Origin: Hypanus sabinus
Lineage: Eukaryota
Assembly: GCF_030144855.1 (NCBI RefSeq)
Contig: NC_082706.1
Coordinates: 117,738,001 to 117,802,000, forward strand
Reading direction: 5' to 3'
Length of the DNA stretch: 64,000 nt
Shown: positions 45,956-59,208 of the stretch, one piece after another
Layout: each line of letters opens with the position of its first letter
How positions within the stretch are numbered: the first letter of the stretch is position 1
Translations under genes and position numbers: made by a program
The notes under the pieces: model-generated
What the model saw: only the letters and a program-made list of their open reading frames with translations
The model's database searches: none
Told to the model about the DNA's origin: nothing

Positions 45956-48900
45956 CAAAAGCAGCCAGTGAGTGAGTGGGCCAGTGAAGGAGTGGAGATT
46001 TGAGGCTTTGACTCGAGAGGTTTCGACGGGAAGAGGCGGAGGACGAGCTTGTTCCCAGTTAGTCTTTACGATGCCTCCGGAAACGGTGATGTGCCTTTCC
46101 TGTGAGATGTGGCAGTCTTGGGGAAACTTCCCTCTCCTGCAGAGTCACAACTGCCAGAAGTGCTTGCGGCTGTGCGATCTGGAAGACCGTGTGAGGAATC
46201 TGGAGCAACAGCTAGATGACCTTCAACTCATAAGCGAGAATGAGGCAGTCATAGATGAGAGCTACAGGGAGGTAGTCACACCTAGGCTGCAGGAAGCAGG
46301 TTGTTGGGTAACAGTCCAAGGAGGGAAAGCGAAGGAGAGTAGACAGGTAGTCCAGAGCACCCCTATAGCCATTCCCCTGAATAATAAGATTACTGTTGGC
46401 GAGGACGACCGACCAGGTGTGAGCCACGGTGGCAGGGCCTCTGGCACTGAGTCTGACCCTGTGGTGCAGAAGGATGGGACAGAGAAAAGGAGAGCTGTCA
46501 TAATTGGATACTCTATAGTCAGGGGAGCAGACAGGAGATTTTGTGGACTTGAGAAGGAAACCCGTATGGTTTGTTGCCTCCCGGGTGCCAGGATCCGGGA
46601 TGTCTCTGACCGGGTGCATGACATCCTGGTACGAGAGGGAAAGCAACCAGAAGTCGTGATACTTGTTGGGACCAACGACATGGGCAGGAAGAGGGATGAG
46701 GTCCTGAAGTGTGAGTTTCGGGAACTAGGCAGAAGGCTGAAGAACAGGACCTCAAGGGTGGTGTTCTCAGGATTGCTGCCAGTATTACGTGATAGTGATG
46801 GTAAGAATTGGAGGAGATGGCAGTTGAATGTGTGGCTGAGGAGTTGGTGCAGGGCACAGGGCTTTAGGTTTTTGGATCATTGGGATCTCTTCTGGGGAAG
46901 GTGGGACCTGTACAGATTGGATGGGTTGCACCTGAACTAGAGGGGGAGCAATATCCTTGCTGGTAGGTTTGCTAGCATGATTCGGGAGGGTTTAAACTAA
47001 TTTGCAAGGGGGATTGGACCCAGAGCGATAGAGCAGTGAAAGAAGTGCATGGAGTAGAGCCAGATCTAACATATAGAGAGGCTTTGAGGAAAGAGCTGCA
47101 AAATAAAGGGTATAAAGGTAGTAAGGTAGAAGGGCTAAAGTGTGTGTACTTCAATGCAAGAAGCATCAGGAACAAAGGTGATGAACTGAGAGCTTGGATA
47201 CATACATGGAATTATGATGTAGTAGCCGTTATGGAGACTTGGCTGGCACCAGGGCAGGAATGGATTCCCAATATTCCTGGATTTCAGTGCTTTAAAAGGG
47301 ATAGAGAGGGTGGGGGGAAGGGGAGGAGGGAGTGACATTACTGCTCAGGGATACTATTACAGCCACAGAAAGGGAGGGTAATGTAGCAGGATCCTCATTT
47401 GAGTCAGTATGGGTGGAAGTCAGGAACAGGAAGGGTGCAGTTACTCTACTGGGGGTATTCTATAGGCCCCCTGGTAGCAGCAGAGAGATTGGGAGCAGAT
47501 TGGGAGGCAGATTTTGGAAATGTGCAAAAATAACAGGGTTGTTATCATGGGTGACTTTAACTTCCCTAATATTGATTGGCACTTGATTAGTTCCAAGGGT
47601 TTAGATGGGGCAGAGTTTGTTAAGTGTGTCCAGGATGGATTCCTGTCACAGTATGTTGACAGGCCGACTAGGGGGAATGCCATACTAGATCTAGTATTAG
47701 GTAATGAACCGGGTCAGGTCACAGATCTGTCAGTGGGTGAGCATCTGGGGGACAGTGATCACTGCTCCCTGACCTTTAGCATTATCATGGAAAAGGATAG
47801 AATCTGAGAGGACAGGAAAATATTTAATTGGGGAATGGAAAATTATGAGGCTATAAGTCTAGAACTTACGGATGTGAATTGGGATGGTGTTTTTGCAGGG
47901 AAATGTACTATGGACATGTGGTTGATGTTTAGGGATCTCTTGCAGGATGTTAGGGATAAATTTGTCCCGGTGAGGAAGATGAAGAATGGTAGGATGAAGG
48001 AACCATGGGTGACAAGTGAAGTGGAAAATCTAGTCAGGTGGAAGAAGGCAGCATACATGAGTTTAGGAAGCAAGGACCAGATGGGTCTATTGAGGAATAT
48101 AGGGTAGCAAGAAAGGAGCTTAAGAAGGGGCTGAGAAGAGCAAGAAGGGGTCATGAGAAGGCCTTGGTGAGTAGGGTAAAGGAAAACCCCAAGGCATTCT
48201 TCAATTATGTGAAGAACAAAAGGTTGACAGGAGTAAAGGTAGGACTGATTAGGGATAAAAGTGGGAAGATGTGCCTGGAGGCTGTGGAAGTGAACGAGGT
48301 CCTCAATGAATACTTCTCTTCAGTATTCACCAATGAGAGGGAACATGATGATGATGAGGACAATATGAGTGAGGTTGATGTTCTGGAGCATGTTGATATT
48401 AAAGGAGAGGAGGTGTTGGAGTTGTTAAAACACATAAGGACGGATAAGTCCCCGGGGCCTGATGGAATATTCCCCAGGCTGCTCCACGAGGCGAGGGAAG
48501 AGATTGCTGAGCCTCTGGCTAAGATCTTTATGTCCCCGTTGTCCATGGGAATGGTACCGGAGGATTGGAGGGAGGTGAATGTTGTCCCCTTGTTCAAAAA
48601 AGGTAGTAGGGATAGTCCAGGTAATTATAGACCAGTGAGCCTTACGTCTGTGGTGGGAAAGCTGTTGGAAAAGATTCTTAGAGAGTGAATCTATGGGCAT
48701 TTAGAGAATCATGGTCTGATCAGGGACAGTCAGCATGGCTTTGTGAAGGGCAGATTGTGCCTAACAAGCCTAATAGAGTTCTTTGAGGAGGTGACCAGGC
48801 ATATAGATGAGGGTAGTGCAGTGGATGTGATCTACATGGATTTTAGTAAGGCAATTGACAAGGTTCCACATGGTAGGCTTATTCAGAAAGTCAGAAGGCA

Positions 48901-49967
48901 TGGGATCCAGGGAAGTTTGGCCAGGTGGATTCCGAATTGGCTTGCCTGCAGAAGGCAGAGGGTCGTGGTGGAGGGAGAACATTCAGATTGGAGGGTTGTG
49001 ACTAGTGGTGTCCCACAAGGATCTGTACTGGGACCTCTACTTTTCCTGATTTTTATTAACAACCTGGATATGGGGGTAGAAGGGCGGGTTGGCAAGTTTG
49101 CAGATGACATAAAGATTGGTGGTGTTGTAGATAGTGTAGAGGATTGTCAAAGATTGCAGAGAGACATTGATAGGATGCAGAGGTGGGCTGAGCAGTGGCA
49201 GATGGAATTCAACACGGAGAAGTGTCAGGTGGTATACTTTGGAAAGACAAACTCCAAGGCAGAGTACAAAGTAAATGGCAGGATACTTGGTAGTGTGCAG
49301 GGGCAGAGGGATCTGGGTGTACATGTCCACGGATCCCTGAAAGTTGCCTCACAGGTAGATAGGGTAGTTAAGAAAGCTTATGGGGTGTTAGCTTTCATAA
49401 GTCGAGGGATAGAGTTTAAGAGACGCGATGTAATGATGCAGCTCTATAAAACTCTAGTTAGGCCACACTTGAAGTACTATGTCCAGTTCTAGTCACCTCA
49501 CTATAGGAAGGATGTGGAAGCAGAGGAGAGGAGATTTACCAGGATGCTGCCTGGTTTAGACAGTATGGATTATGATCAGAGATTAAGGGAGCTGGGGTTT
49601 TACTCTTTGGAGAGAAGGAGGATGAGAGGAGACATGATAGAGGTGTACAAGATATTAAGAGGAATAGACAGCCAGCGCCTCTTCCTCAGGGCACCACTGC
49701 TCAGTACAAGAGGACATGGCTTTAAGTTAAGGGGAGGGAAGTTCAAGGGGGATATTAGAGGAAGGTTTTTCATTCAGGTGGTTGGTGCGTGGAATGCACT
49801 GCCTGAGTCAGTGGTGGAGGCACGCACACTAGTGAAGTTTAAGAGACTACTAGATAAGTATATGGAGGAATTTAAGATGAGGGGTTACATGGGAGGCAGG
49901 GTTTGAGGGTCAGCACAACATTGTGGGTTGAAAGGCCTGTAATGTGCTGTACTATATAAAAAAAAAA
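45956..49967 (+). mobile_element. Near full-length CR1 LINE (~4 kb): ORF1 esterase plus frameshifted ORF2 (APE endonuclease-RT)
   Basis: ORF1 followed by EN (CVYFNARSIRNK, YRPP, MGDFNFP, LGDSDH) and RT (NYRPVSL, GVPQGSVLGP, FADD); CR1 3' end then oligo-A. Confidence 0.95.
46070..47000 (+). pseudogene. CR1 ORF1: zinc finger, leucine zipper and SGNH esterase, with a premature TAG at 46938-46940
   Basis: CLSCEMW...CQKC; LEDRVRNLEQQLDDL; IIGYSIVR (GDS block), VGTND, DGLHLN*. Confidence 0.85.
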
Positions 49968-51994
49968 TTATGGTCATTACCTCCTAATGGCTCCTTTACC
50001 TCAAGGTCCCTGATCAAATCCGGTTCATTGCACAATCCGGTTGTCCTCTCTCAGCATGGCCCATCATGTTTGCAGATGTTCGTAATTCTTTCACTACCTG
50101 CCTTCAATACACCCAGTGCAATACTTCCAAACCAACAGCTTTCTAGCATCCAATGGCCTCTACCAGTCCCCCAATGCCAGTTATCCTACATTGCCATGGA
50201 TTTCATTAAGGGATTGCCACCATCTGATGGGGTCTTGGCAATCATGGCAATGGTGGACCAGTTCTCCAAGGTGAGTCCACTCCATTGCCCTTCCAAAACT
50301 TCCGTCAGCCACTGAGACAGCAGACCTGGTTCTTCATGTATAGTTCACCTCTACGGTTTCCCTCAGGATATTGGGTCAGACCAGGGCCAACACTTGGTCT
50401 CCTGCTTCTGGCAAGACTTCTGCTCCCTCCTCTGTGCCTCAGTGAGTTTGTCCCCAGCTATCATCTGCAGACAAACGGTCAGTCAGAAAGAGCCAATCAT
50501 TAAATGGAGAGGTTTCTGTGATGCTTCACTGTCTCAACCCCTTTTTGAAGTATTTCATGGCTGCCAACTTCCATTGTTCCCCACAGAGGAGCCAATGGTG
50601 GCTGTCCCATCTGCCAGGAACAGGAATATGCTGGAATGATTGGAAGCGAGCACAGAGGGCCATAGTAGCTGCCACTGTGCCTACTGCCATCTGGGTAACT
50701 GGTGTTAGTATTCAGCCAGACTACTCTGGCCGGGTGACCATCTTTGGCTATCCACCTGAGATCTGCCTTTGCGCATCAATTCCCACAAACTCTTGTACTG
50801 GTTCATTGGCCCCTTTAAGATTAACTGTTGCATCAACCCAGTCACTTACCATCTCCATCTACCACTGTTCCTCAAGTTCACACCTACCTTCCACATGTCC
50901 TGCCTCAAGCGTAGCCCATGGACCACTCATCCCAACGAAGCCTGCATTTCTGTTACTTAATATGGTAAGAGGTGGTCCAGTGAACACAGTTCACCACCTG
51001 ATGGATTTATGGTGTTGTAAATAGGGTGTGCAGTATCTGGTGGACTGGCAAGAGTACTTGATGATAACTTAAGGGACTAGACTTGAGGAGAGGACTTGGG
51101 TTCCATCCGATTTTATCTTGGATTCTTTGCTCATTGAGGTGTTCCACTGGACCCATTCTAATTGTCCTGGGCTGATGGATGCTGACCGTAGGAGGCGGAG
51201 GTGTTCCTGTCGGGCCTATACACCTTCCAGCCTCCACTCAGCTAACAGGACTCACCTGTCACTCATTTCCAACTCATCACCTGTAGCCTATTTAAACCTA
51301 GCTCTCATCCACAGTCCTTGTCCACTCATCGAACCATCCAGCCTCAACCAGTTGCTCCTAGCATTCAGCTACTTTGTTGCCTGTGGTGTTTCATATTGGA
51401 TCTTTCTTGTTTGGTGGCCCCCTCGTAGCTTGTATTATGCAGTTTATTATGAAAGTTATCACTCACTCTTACGACATCTCTGCTGCTTTGCTTTTGGGTC
51501 AAGCCTCCGATACATTTTCTGACACTGTCAACTTATTTAGAATATGATCCGAACCTGTCTAATATATTAAGCAACCAACTCTCATTGCTATGCATCCTCA
51601 GGAAATGTAGTTCATACATTTTATTAGATGTCACTATAGTCATGTCCCATTTTAAAAAACTTGGTTACATGACAACTCATATCAAAAATAAAAGGATTTC
51701 CATTGTTCATCAATAATATCAATAGGCAGAGTGATTCTCTATTTCGGTAATAAATCCGACAAGTAATGTTCCATTGTAAAAGATTAGTTTGCTTGTAATA
51801 TTTGTGATCTTGACTCTTAACAGCGCTTAATGTATTTGTAGGCATGACTCAGCACTGGATCTTGTTTGTTCAGTGATTTTGGAAGCTGGTCACTTGAGTC
51901 TCATTGATCAATGTTCAGGTGCTAATTTCAGATCCTGCAATTGAACCCCTTCAAGCATAAGGCATTGCTCTCTGTTTCAAGGCCCTATGTTCTA

Positions 51995-52162
51995 NNNNNN
52001 NNNNNNNNNNNNNNNNNNNNNNNNNNNNNNNNNNNNNNNNNNNNNNNNNNNNNNNNNNNNNNNNNNNNNNNNNNNNNNNNNNNNNNNNNNNNNNNNNNNN
52101 NNNNNNNNNNNNNNNNNNNNNNNNNNNNNNNNNNNNNNNNNNNNNNNNNNNNNNNNNNNNNN
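51995..52162. other. Assembly gap (168 N)
   Basis: Run of N. Confidence 0.99.
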
Positions 52163-52624
52163 CAGTAGAATTTAGTGCCCAGTTATCCTGGATCAAGTGC
52201 TAGCCCTGTCAAGCATATGCATATGTGGTAGCTGGTACCGGAAGGTCAATAACTCGCTGTACGACACTCTTTGTTCTGCCTGAAATTTGTTGCTCTTCTA
52301 GCACAGGATGATCTCCAGCAGGGAATCTTGCTAATGGCATATTCCAGGCTGCAGGCATACATGCTGAGGTACACACAAAGGCTTTGTGGTGAAAAAAGAC
52401 AGTCTAGGCTCCTTCCGCTACTGTACTTGGAGGGGCTGACTTGGGTGGGAAAGACCCTTAAATATTGAAATGGTTATTACCCTAAAAGGAGCACATGAGC
52501 GGCAATAACGCTGTGGTTTAAAAACAAAGTTAATACTACTCTATGTATTGATCACAAATGTAAAACTTATGCACTGTGTTTATTCTTTAGTAGATTTTTT
52601 TTATCAAGGCAACTTTCTCTGCTC

Positions 52625-53935
52625 AATATGAAATTCAAGACCTGGAATATCAAGACCATCATGGAAGCACTCCCCCACTCCCTCATATTTGACAGACCTG
52701 ACCATCAGTTTGTTCTCATAACCCAGAAGCTTAAACCCTTTGGACTTGCAATAGCCTCCATTTGTGAGGTGTGCTGGGCCAGAAAACAGCCTGCTCAGAA
52801 AGCATTGTGATGGGTACACTTTCTCGTAGATGGAAAAACCACAAGTTGCGTGCTACTTCCATAGGGTGATATTTCCGTTAAGAATGAGCTGGTCTAGTGA
52901 ATCCTCCTGTGAAATAAGTGAATATCCACAGCAGTCCACTAATCATCAGCAACTTTTTCTATTCAACTTAAACTATTTGGTCCACCATCACCACACACCT
53001 ATTCAAAATAGAAGTCAAAAATCCAGATATTAATTGGAAATCAACAGGGCAGGCAATAACGCCACTGATGTTTTAAATCTTGATGGAGTGGTGACAAATT
53101 CATAAAATTATTTTCCATCATTTCATACTGAAATGAGACCTATTTCATTGTAGTCTCTCTGCTGTTAGCCACAAAGAAAGTTCTTCGTACTGATCAAAAA
53201 GCCACTTGTTGAATTCCAACCACATAAAGATGGTATGGATGTGATAAGAGGCTAAATGGTATCATGATGTAAGAAAACAAAATAGGCCTATGGGTAGGCA
53301 CCAGTATTGAAATCCTTTTACCTCAGCTCCATTCTCTGTCCTTCTCCACCTAATGAGATAAGAACTGATTACTTACAGCAGGCACATCAAGGCACTCAAG
53401 GAACATTTCAATACAATCTTCCAAATTCACAGGCAGGAGAAGCAAACCAATATTTGTGAACTTTTGTGAGCAATCATCATCAACAATGAGACTCCAATTA
53501 CACCCACTCAACTTTGAATGGTAAACTATACCATATGCATACCTGACACCAATCATTGTGATGCTGAGATAGGACTAGGAAGGAAAAATTTAAAGAGGTT
53601 CTTAAAGAACTTTACAAAAGTGTAAATGTAGCATCCCCAGGAACTTCTGAGAACTTCAACATCATGACTACACAAAATGGAGAAGGGTCATTTGGGATGG
53701 TATTGAGAAATGCAAGTCTGTTCATTGGGAGAAGCGAGAAGCACAGCATGACCAGCAGAAGGAACACACGACCTCCACACCCCATGCCCAAAGTATCCAC
53801 ATCCCTCCATTGTCCATCAAGAAGTACTGTGCCACCTATGACAAAGTCTGCAGGTCTAACATTGGCCTCATCAACCACCTCAGAATGTAATGGGAGCAAG
53901 TTACATTTGATCATGAGTGACTGCCTAAGAGTGGG
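52625..53935 (+). mobile_element. Highly decayed RTE LINE pieces (EN N-terminus ~52625-52920; 3' end ~53360-53935)
   Basis: MKFKTWNIKTIM...DRP (TWNVRTL..RPERR motif); terminal CATYDKVCRSNIGLINHLR finger. Confidence 0.6.
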
Positions 53936-54019
53936 GAAAGGAATTACACTGAATTGGGACAATTATCTATTTTTACTTTCATGTGACTGCCATGAAGGAA
54001 CCAATAAAAAAACTAAGAG

Positions 54020-54350
54020 TCGTAGATTCATTGAGAGATATAGCATGGACACAGCCCCTTTATTCCACTGAGACCATGCTGGCCATCAAACATTGATTCA
54101 CACTAATCTTACAGTAATCACATTATTTTGTTCTTCCTGCATTATCATCAACTCCCACAACTTCTACCACTCATCTACACACGAACAGTGGCCAACTAAC
54201 CTACACACCCACATGTCTTAGGAACGTGGGAGGATATCAAAGAATCTAAAGAAATCTTATGTAGTCAGAATGGGTATATGGAAATGCTATGCAAACCCTA
54301 CACAGCACTTGAGATCAGCATTAAGTCTAGGTGTCTACTAACCCACAGTG
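54020..54350 (-). mobile_element. Old HE1/V-SINE-like SINE
   Basis: acatgtcttaggaacgtgggagga core; CR1-like tail gagatatagcatggacacagccc. Confidence 0.55.
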
Positions 54351-55849
54351 ATGCCCATAGAAATTATTTGAATAGTTTGCCTCTCTACTTAAGTATAATA
54401 TCATTTTTTTTATCAGTATATGGGTAACAAAGTGATAGTGCATTCCTGCCTGTCATTCATAATGTCACAGCTGACTGCCCCAATGCCATTACCTGAAGCT
54501 TCACGTAGCAATCTCATTTCAGAGGAAGTGATAAAAGATGTTTCATTGCCAAGCTGCAAGTTTTATTTGAAGAAGAGTGCTGTTGCTCTTTGCCCTCTTC
54601 TGCAATAATCTCATAAACTGTTGGAAAATGCTTGAGGGTTGTGGGAATTAATTGGAATATCAGAATTAAAAATAGGCTCCATGACAGAATGAACATGAAA
54701 AAAATGAGAAATTAGATGGATTCAGAGCATGCTTGCCACCAGCTTTGTCACCAAGCCTCTGCAGTAGTTCCCCTTGATTGTGGAGGGCAGAATGAAGGGG
54801 ATTTAGTTGCCATGAAGATATCTGAATCCATGACTTCAACCAACTACAGATGAAGCATCAGAACTTACACCTGGGATCATTACTCTGGAGCATCACATCA
54901 AGCAAATCAATAAAAATGGTAAATGTGTTTCAGCTTTTCAATGTTTCGATGTAAGTCATTAAAACTTTCCTGAAATATTTGTTATCCTGTCCACATTCCC
55001 CAAATTTTAGCAACTGGAGTTTGGCTTTAAGGCTAATTCTGTCAGCTTTCATACAACTGAAGATAATTGCAATAAAAAGACATTAATTAAATTTCCAAAC
55101 CATTAAGGAACTGGAAACATAACACAATTAGTGACATCCTGTGCAATCTGGTTGCTATCTATGATGATATTTTAATAATGTATTATGCAACTTAGTTTAT
55201 ACACATGAAATGCAAAACACCAGTGTACATTGAAAAAGGGCTGGTTGAAAACTAAGTAGGAATTCAATAACTTCCCATAGAGAAATAACATTAATTTATC
55301 TATTGCTGTAATGCAGCAAAATGGACAAGACTGCAATCAAACAAAACCTGATTCTGAATCAAAATGGACATTTAGACTAGTTACCTAAAGACCAATTGAA
55401 GGAAATAGTGGGGGCATAATTGAAATGGGAAAGAATATTCAGAATCTGAATCACTTTCATGCCAGTATGTGAAACATACCAGAATAGATTGTGGATCAAT
55501 GCCAAGCGTAAAACACAGGACATTACCATAATAGACAACACAATAGTAACCAACAATTTACAAGACAATAATTGAAGTGAAGAGTCTTCCAGAGGGGATT
55601 ACAAAGGCCAAGGTTTAGAAGGCTAAATGTGGCTATCAATAGTTGAATGACAAAAATTGGAAATGGGCAAGCAGCCTAGTTTGGTATGAAGAAGAATGCA
55701 AAATAGTTAAGGGAACTGAGTTTTACAGAGTGTATTTGCAGTTCAAAACTTTGTTTCACTGACAGCGAATTTTCAGGTTGGCAGAAAAGAAAATGAGAAT
55801 TAAAGATGTTTATTCCTGTGAAGCTTCCCATATTGGTTACAGACAATGG

Positions 55850-56802
55850 TATTTTTATCAGCACCTGAGTAATCACATCATCAAGTTTGCTGATGACCTA
55901 ACAGTTGTGGGGCTCATTACTAACAAAGTTGAGATGGCCTACAGACAGGAGGCAGAAGAGCTCAAGGCCAGGTGCCAGGTAAATAGTCTCTTCCTCAATG
56001 TCAGCAAGGCCAAAGGATTTGATTATCAACCTCAAGAGAACTCGCACTACTCACTGTCCTCTTTGCACTGGGGGCACGGCTGTGAAAACTGCGAGCAGCT
56101 TCAAGCTCCTGTGTGGGCACATCTCGCACCATCTTTCATGTTCTGAGAACACAAGAAAGCTCACCAAAGCCTCTACTTTCTGAGGAGGCTGAAAAGAGCT
56201 GGAATATGCACATATATACTCACATCTTCCTACAGATGTACAGTAGAAAGCATCCAAACATGCTACATCTCTGCATGGTATGGAAACTGTACTGCGCCAG
56301 ACAGGAAGTCTCTGCAAAAAGCAGTTAAAACTGCCCAAGGCATCACTGGCATCAACCTACCCGGCATCAAGTACATATCTACAGAAAGGTGCCAAAAAAG
56401 GGCCAATAACATCATGAAGGATCACAGCCACATGAACTGTTTGTCACACTTCCATCAGGGAAGAGGCTATGTATTATTTACACCAGGACCACCAGTCTTA
56501 AAAACTTACTTTCCCCAAGCAGTAAACTGATCAAAACCCCCATCCGCTAACCCACCAAACCCCCATAATTACTACTTGATCATTTCCTGGCAGAATCACT
56601 TATATGCAGACATTTCTGTGCCTAGCTTCACTTTATGGGCATACCATCGATCTATGTATATAATCTACCTTCTGTATTTTTTTATTGTTTTCTTCTTCTT
56701 ACTGTGTTTATTCTGATACATTGGGTAACAGTAACAGTCATTTCATTCTCCTTTACTACTTGTGTACTGGAAATGACATTAAACAATCTTGAATCTTGAA
56801 TC
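55850..56802 (+). mobile_element. Rex1/Babar 3' part
   Basis: NHIIKFADDLTVVGLITN..EMAYRQE...LNVSK; tail aaacaatcttgaatcttgaatc. Confidence 0.85.
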
Positions 56803-56819
56803 ATAGTACTGCTATTGTT

Positions 56820-57755
56820 AATATACATAGAACAGCGCAACACAAAAAAGGCCTTTCTGCCCATAAAGTTATGCTAACCTTTTAATCTACTCCAAGATCA
56901 GTCTAACCCTTCCCTCTTACATTATCCTCAATTTTTCTTTCATCCACGTAACAATCTCTTATGTATCATTTACCAGCCCTGCCAGTGCATTCCACACACT
57001 TATCAAACTCTGTGTAAAATATCTACCTCTGACATCATCCTTATACTTTGCTCCAATCACCTTAAAATTATGCCCTCTCATATTGGCCATTTCAGTCCTG
57101 GGGAAAGGTGCTGACTGTACACTTTAACACCTCTATCAAGTCACCCCTCATTCTCCAAAAAAAGAAGTCATAGCTCATGCAGCCTTTCCTGATAAGGTAT
57201 GCTCGCTAATCCGGGCAGCATCCTGATAAATCTTCTCTGAGCCCTCTATAAAGGTTCGATAACTTTCCTCTGATGGGGGTGGCCAGCACTGAACAAAGTA
57301 CTCCAAGTGTCATCTAACCAGAGTTTTATAGAGCTGCAACATTGTCTCACAGCTCTTAAACTCAATTCACTGACCACTGAAAGCCAATACACCATTCACC
57401 ATTTTAACCACGCTATCAACTTGCATGTCAACTTTGAATGTTCTGCATATGTTTTCCCCAATATTCCTCTGTTCCTCTAAAATTTTAAGAATTGTGTCAT
57501 TATGCCTGTAATCTCCCTTCAGTTTTGACCTTCCAAAGTGTACCTTTTCACTCTTTTCCAGGTGAATTCCATGTAGTTTTTTTCATCCCATTCCTACATC
57601 CTATCAATATTCCATTGTAACACATGACAACCTTCTACACTATCTACAACGTCTCCAACCTTTGTGGCATCTGCAAACATACCAAATCACACAGCCACTT
57701 CCTCATCCAAGTCATTTATAAGAATCACAAAAGCAGCTGGCCTAGAAACGATCTC
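56820..57755 (-). mobile_element. Decayed CR1 3' part
   Basis: tactccaagtg (HLEY), gagttttatagagctgcaacat (MLQLYKT), gcatctgcaaac (FADA) on the minus strand. Confidence 0.75.
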
Positions 57756-58104
57756 TGCCAAATGCAAGAAAACACCAGAATCAATCCCCCCCAAAACTGG
57801 AAAATGTAACCAGTTAGACTGTTTCTTATAACGATGGTGTCACTTGAAGCAGAGGTGTTTCATCCCTCTTGGGATTGTTATGATCACCTGCAGAGCAATG
57901 AAGGATCTTCTGTTAAAGTAGCTTGCACAACAAAGAAGTATGATTGACAGTATGATGGTGCTGCACTGAAAATCAGGAGAATCATTAGCCCAGATGTTGA
58001 AGAATCTTCCTTGCCGTTATCATTTTAGTTGATGTGTCCTGTAAAGCCACTAAGAAGAAGGCATGGTAGCGCCTCTACTGTTTTAGAATTTTGTGCAGGT
58101 TCTG

Positions 58105-58580
58105 CATGTCATTTAAAACTTTGACAATGTACATGCACAGTGGAGAGTATCTCAATTGGTTGCATCATATCCTGGTATGGAAACAGAAATGCCCAAGAAT
58201 GGAGAAGCCTACGAAACTAGTGGATACAGCCCAGACCATCACATGAAAATCCGTTACCACCACTGAGCACATCTACATGCAGCACTACCACAAGAAAAGA
58301 GCATTCATTACAAAGGACTCCCCTGCTCTATCCAGCCCATACTGTTTTCTCACTGCTGCTATTGGGAAACAGGCACAGGAGCCTTAGTCCCCACAGCACC
58401 AGATCCCAGAACAGTTATTAACCTTCAACCATCAGCCTCCCGAACCAGCATGTATAACTTCACTCCCTCAACTACAAACTGATTCCACAACCTATGGATT
58501 CACTTTCAAGGACTCTACAACCCATGTTCTCAGTATTATTTACTTACTTCTTTATTTATTACTATTTTAATTATTTCTCA
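58105..58580 (+). mobile_element. Rex1/Babar 3' fragment
   Basis: cacagtggagagtatctc...tggtatggaaac (TVESIL...WYGN); same 3'UTR as 30440-30987. Confidence 0.7.
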
Positions 58581-58639
58581 GCTGAAGCTGGTAAAACCCT
58601 GAGGTATGGGCATAGCCAAGCACATTTACTTCTCAATTG

Positions 58640-59208
58640 AATATAGAACATAGTAGTTTACATCACATTACAGGCCTTTTGGCCCATAATGTTGTGCTGA
58701 CCATGTAACCTACTCTAGAGACAGCCTAGATTTTCTCTAGTGTATAGCCCTCTATTTTTCTAAGCTCCATGTACCTGTCTAAGAGGCCCTTAAAAGACCC
58801 TATTGTATCCACTTCTGCTACCACCGTCAGCGTGCATTCCAAGCACCCACCACTCTCTGTGTGAAAAACTTACCTCTGACATCCCCTCAGTACCCATTTC
58901 TAAGCACAAAAACTATGCCCCCTTGTATTAGCCATTTCAGCCCTGGGAAAAAGCTTCTGACTATCCACATGATCAATGCCCCTCATCATCTTATACATCT
59001 CTATCAGGTCACCTCTCATCCTCCATCACTCCAAGGAGAAAAGGACAAGTTCTCTCAACCTGTTCTCATAAGGTAGGCCCTCCAATCCAAAGAATATCCT
59101 TGTAATTCTCCTCTGCACTCTCGATAGTATCCACATCCTTCCTGTAGTGAGGTAACCAGAACTGAACATAGTACACCAAGTGGGGCCTGACCGAGGTCTT
59201 ATATAGCT
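58640..59208 (-). mobile_element. 5'-truncated CR1
   Basis: Reverse complement of LYKTSVRPHLVYYVQFW...RGDLIEMYK; same family as 5386-5986. Confidence 0.85.

Larger units (their letters stand above)
43690..50037 (-). mobile_element. 5'-truncated CR1 LINE (43690-45955 plus 49968-50037), split by a + strand CR1
   Basis: ORFs 44666-45508 and 43940-44578 (RT); EN motif LCNEPDLIRDLEVKEPLGGNDH|NMICF reads through the inner insertion; (CAATAGA)n tail at 43689-43705. Confidence 0.92.
41391..51524 (+). mobile_element. Decayed sushi-ichi/chromovirus-type Gypsy element, interrupted by nested CR1s
   Basis: 5'LTR remnant 41391-41591; 3'LTR 51208-51524 (TGTC..GACA) preceded by a purine tract. Remnants: gag (C.LHFELQP; DYMVEFR), RT (FFVKKKDG, IDY, FVYLNDTLI), RNase H DVGLG|VVLSQ joined across 43689/50039, integrase MDFIKGLPPSDG...VDQFSK and QTNGQSER, GPF and chromodomain (QYLVDW..EERTWVP). 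Confidence 0.88.

Noticed and set aside
51941-52196. ORFs containing X runs
   Set aside because: Artefacts of the N gap
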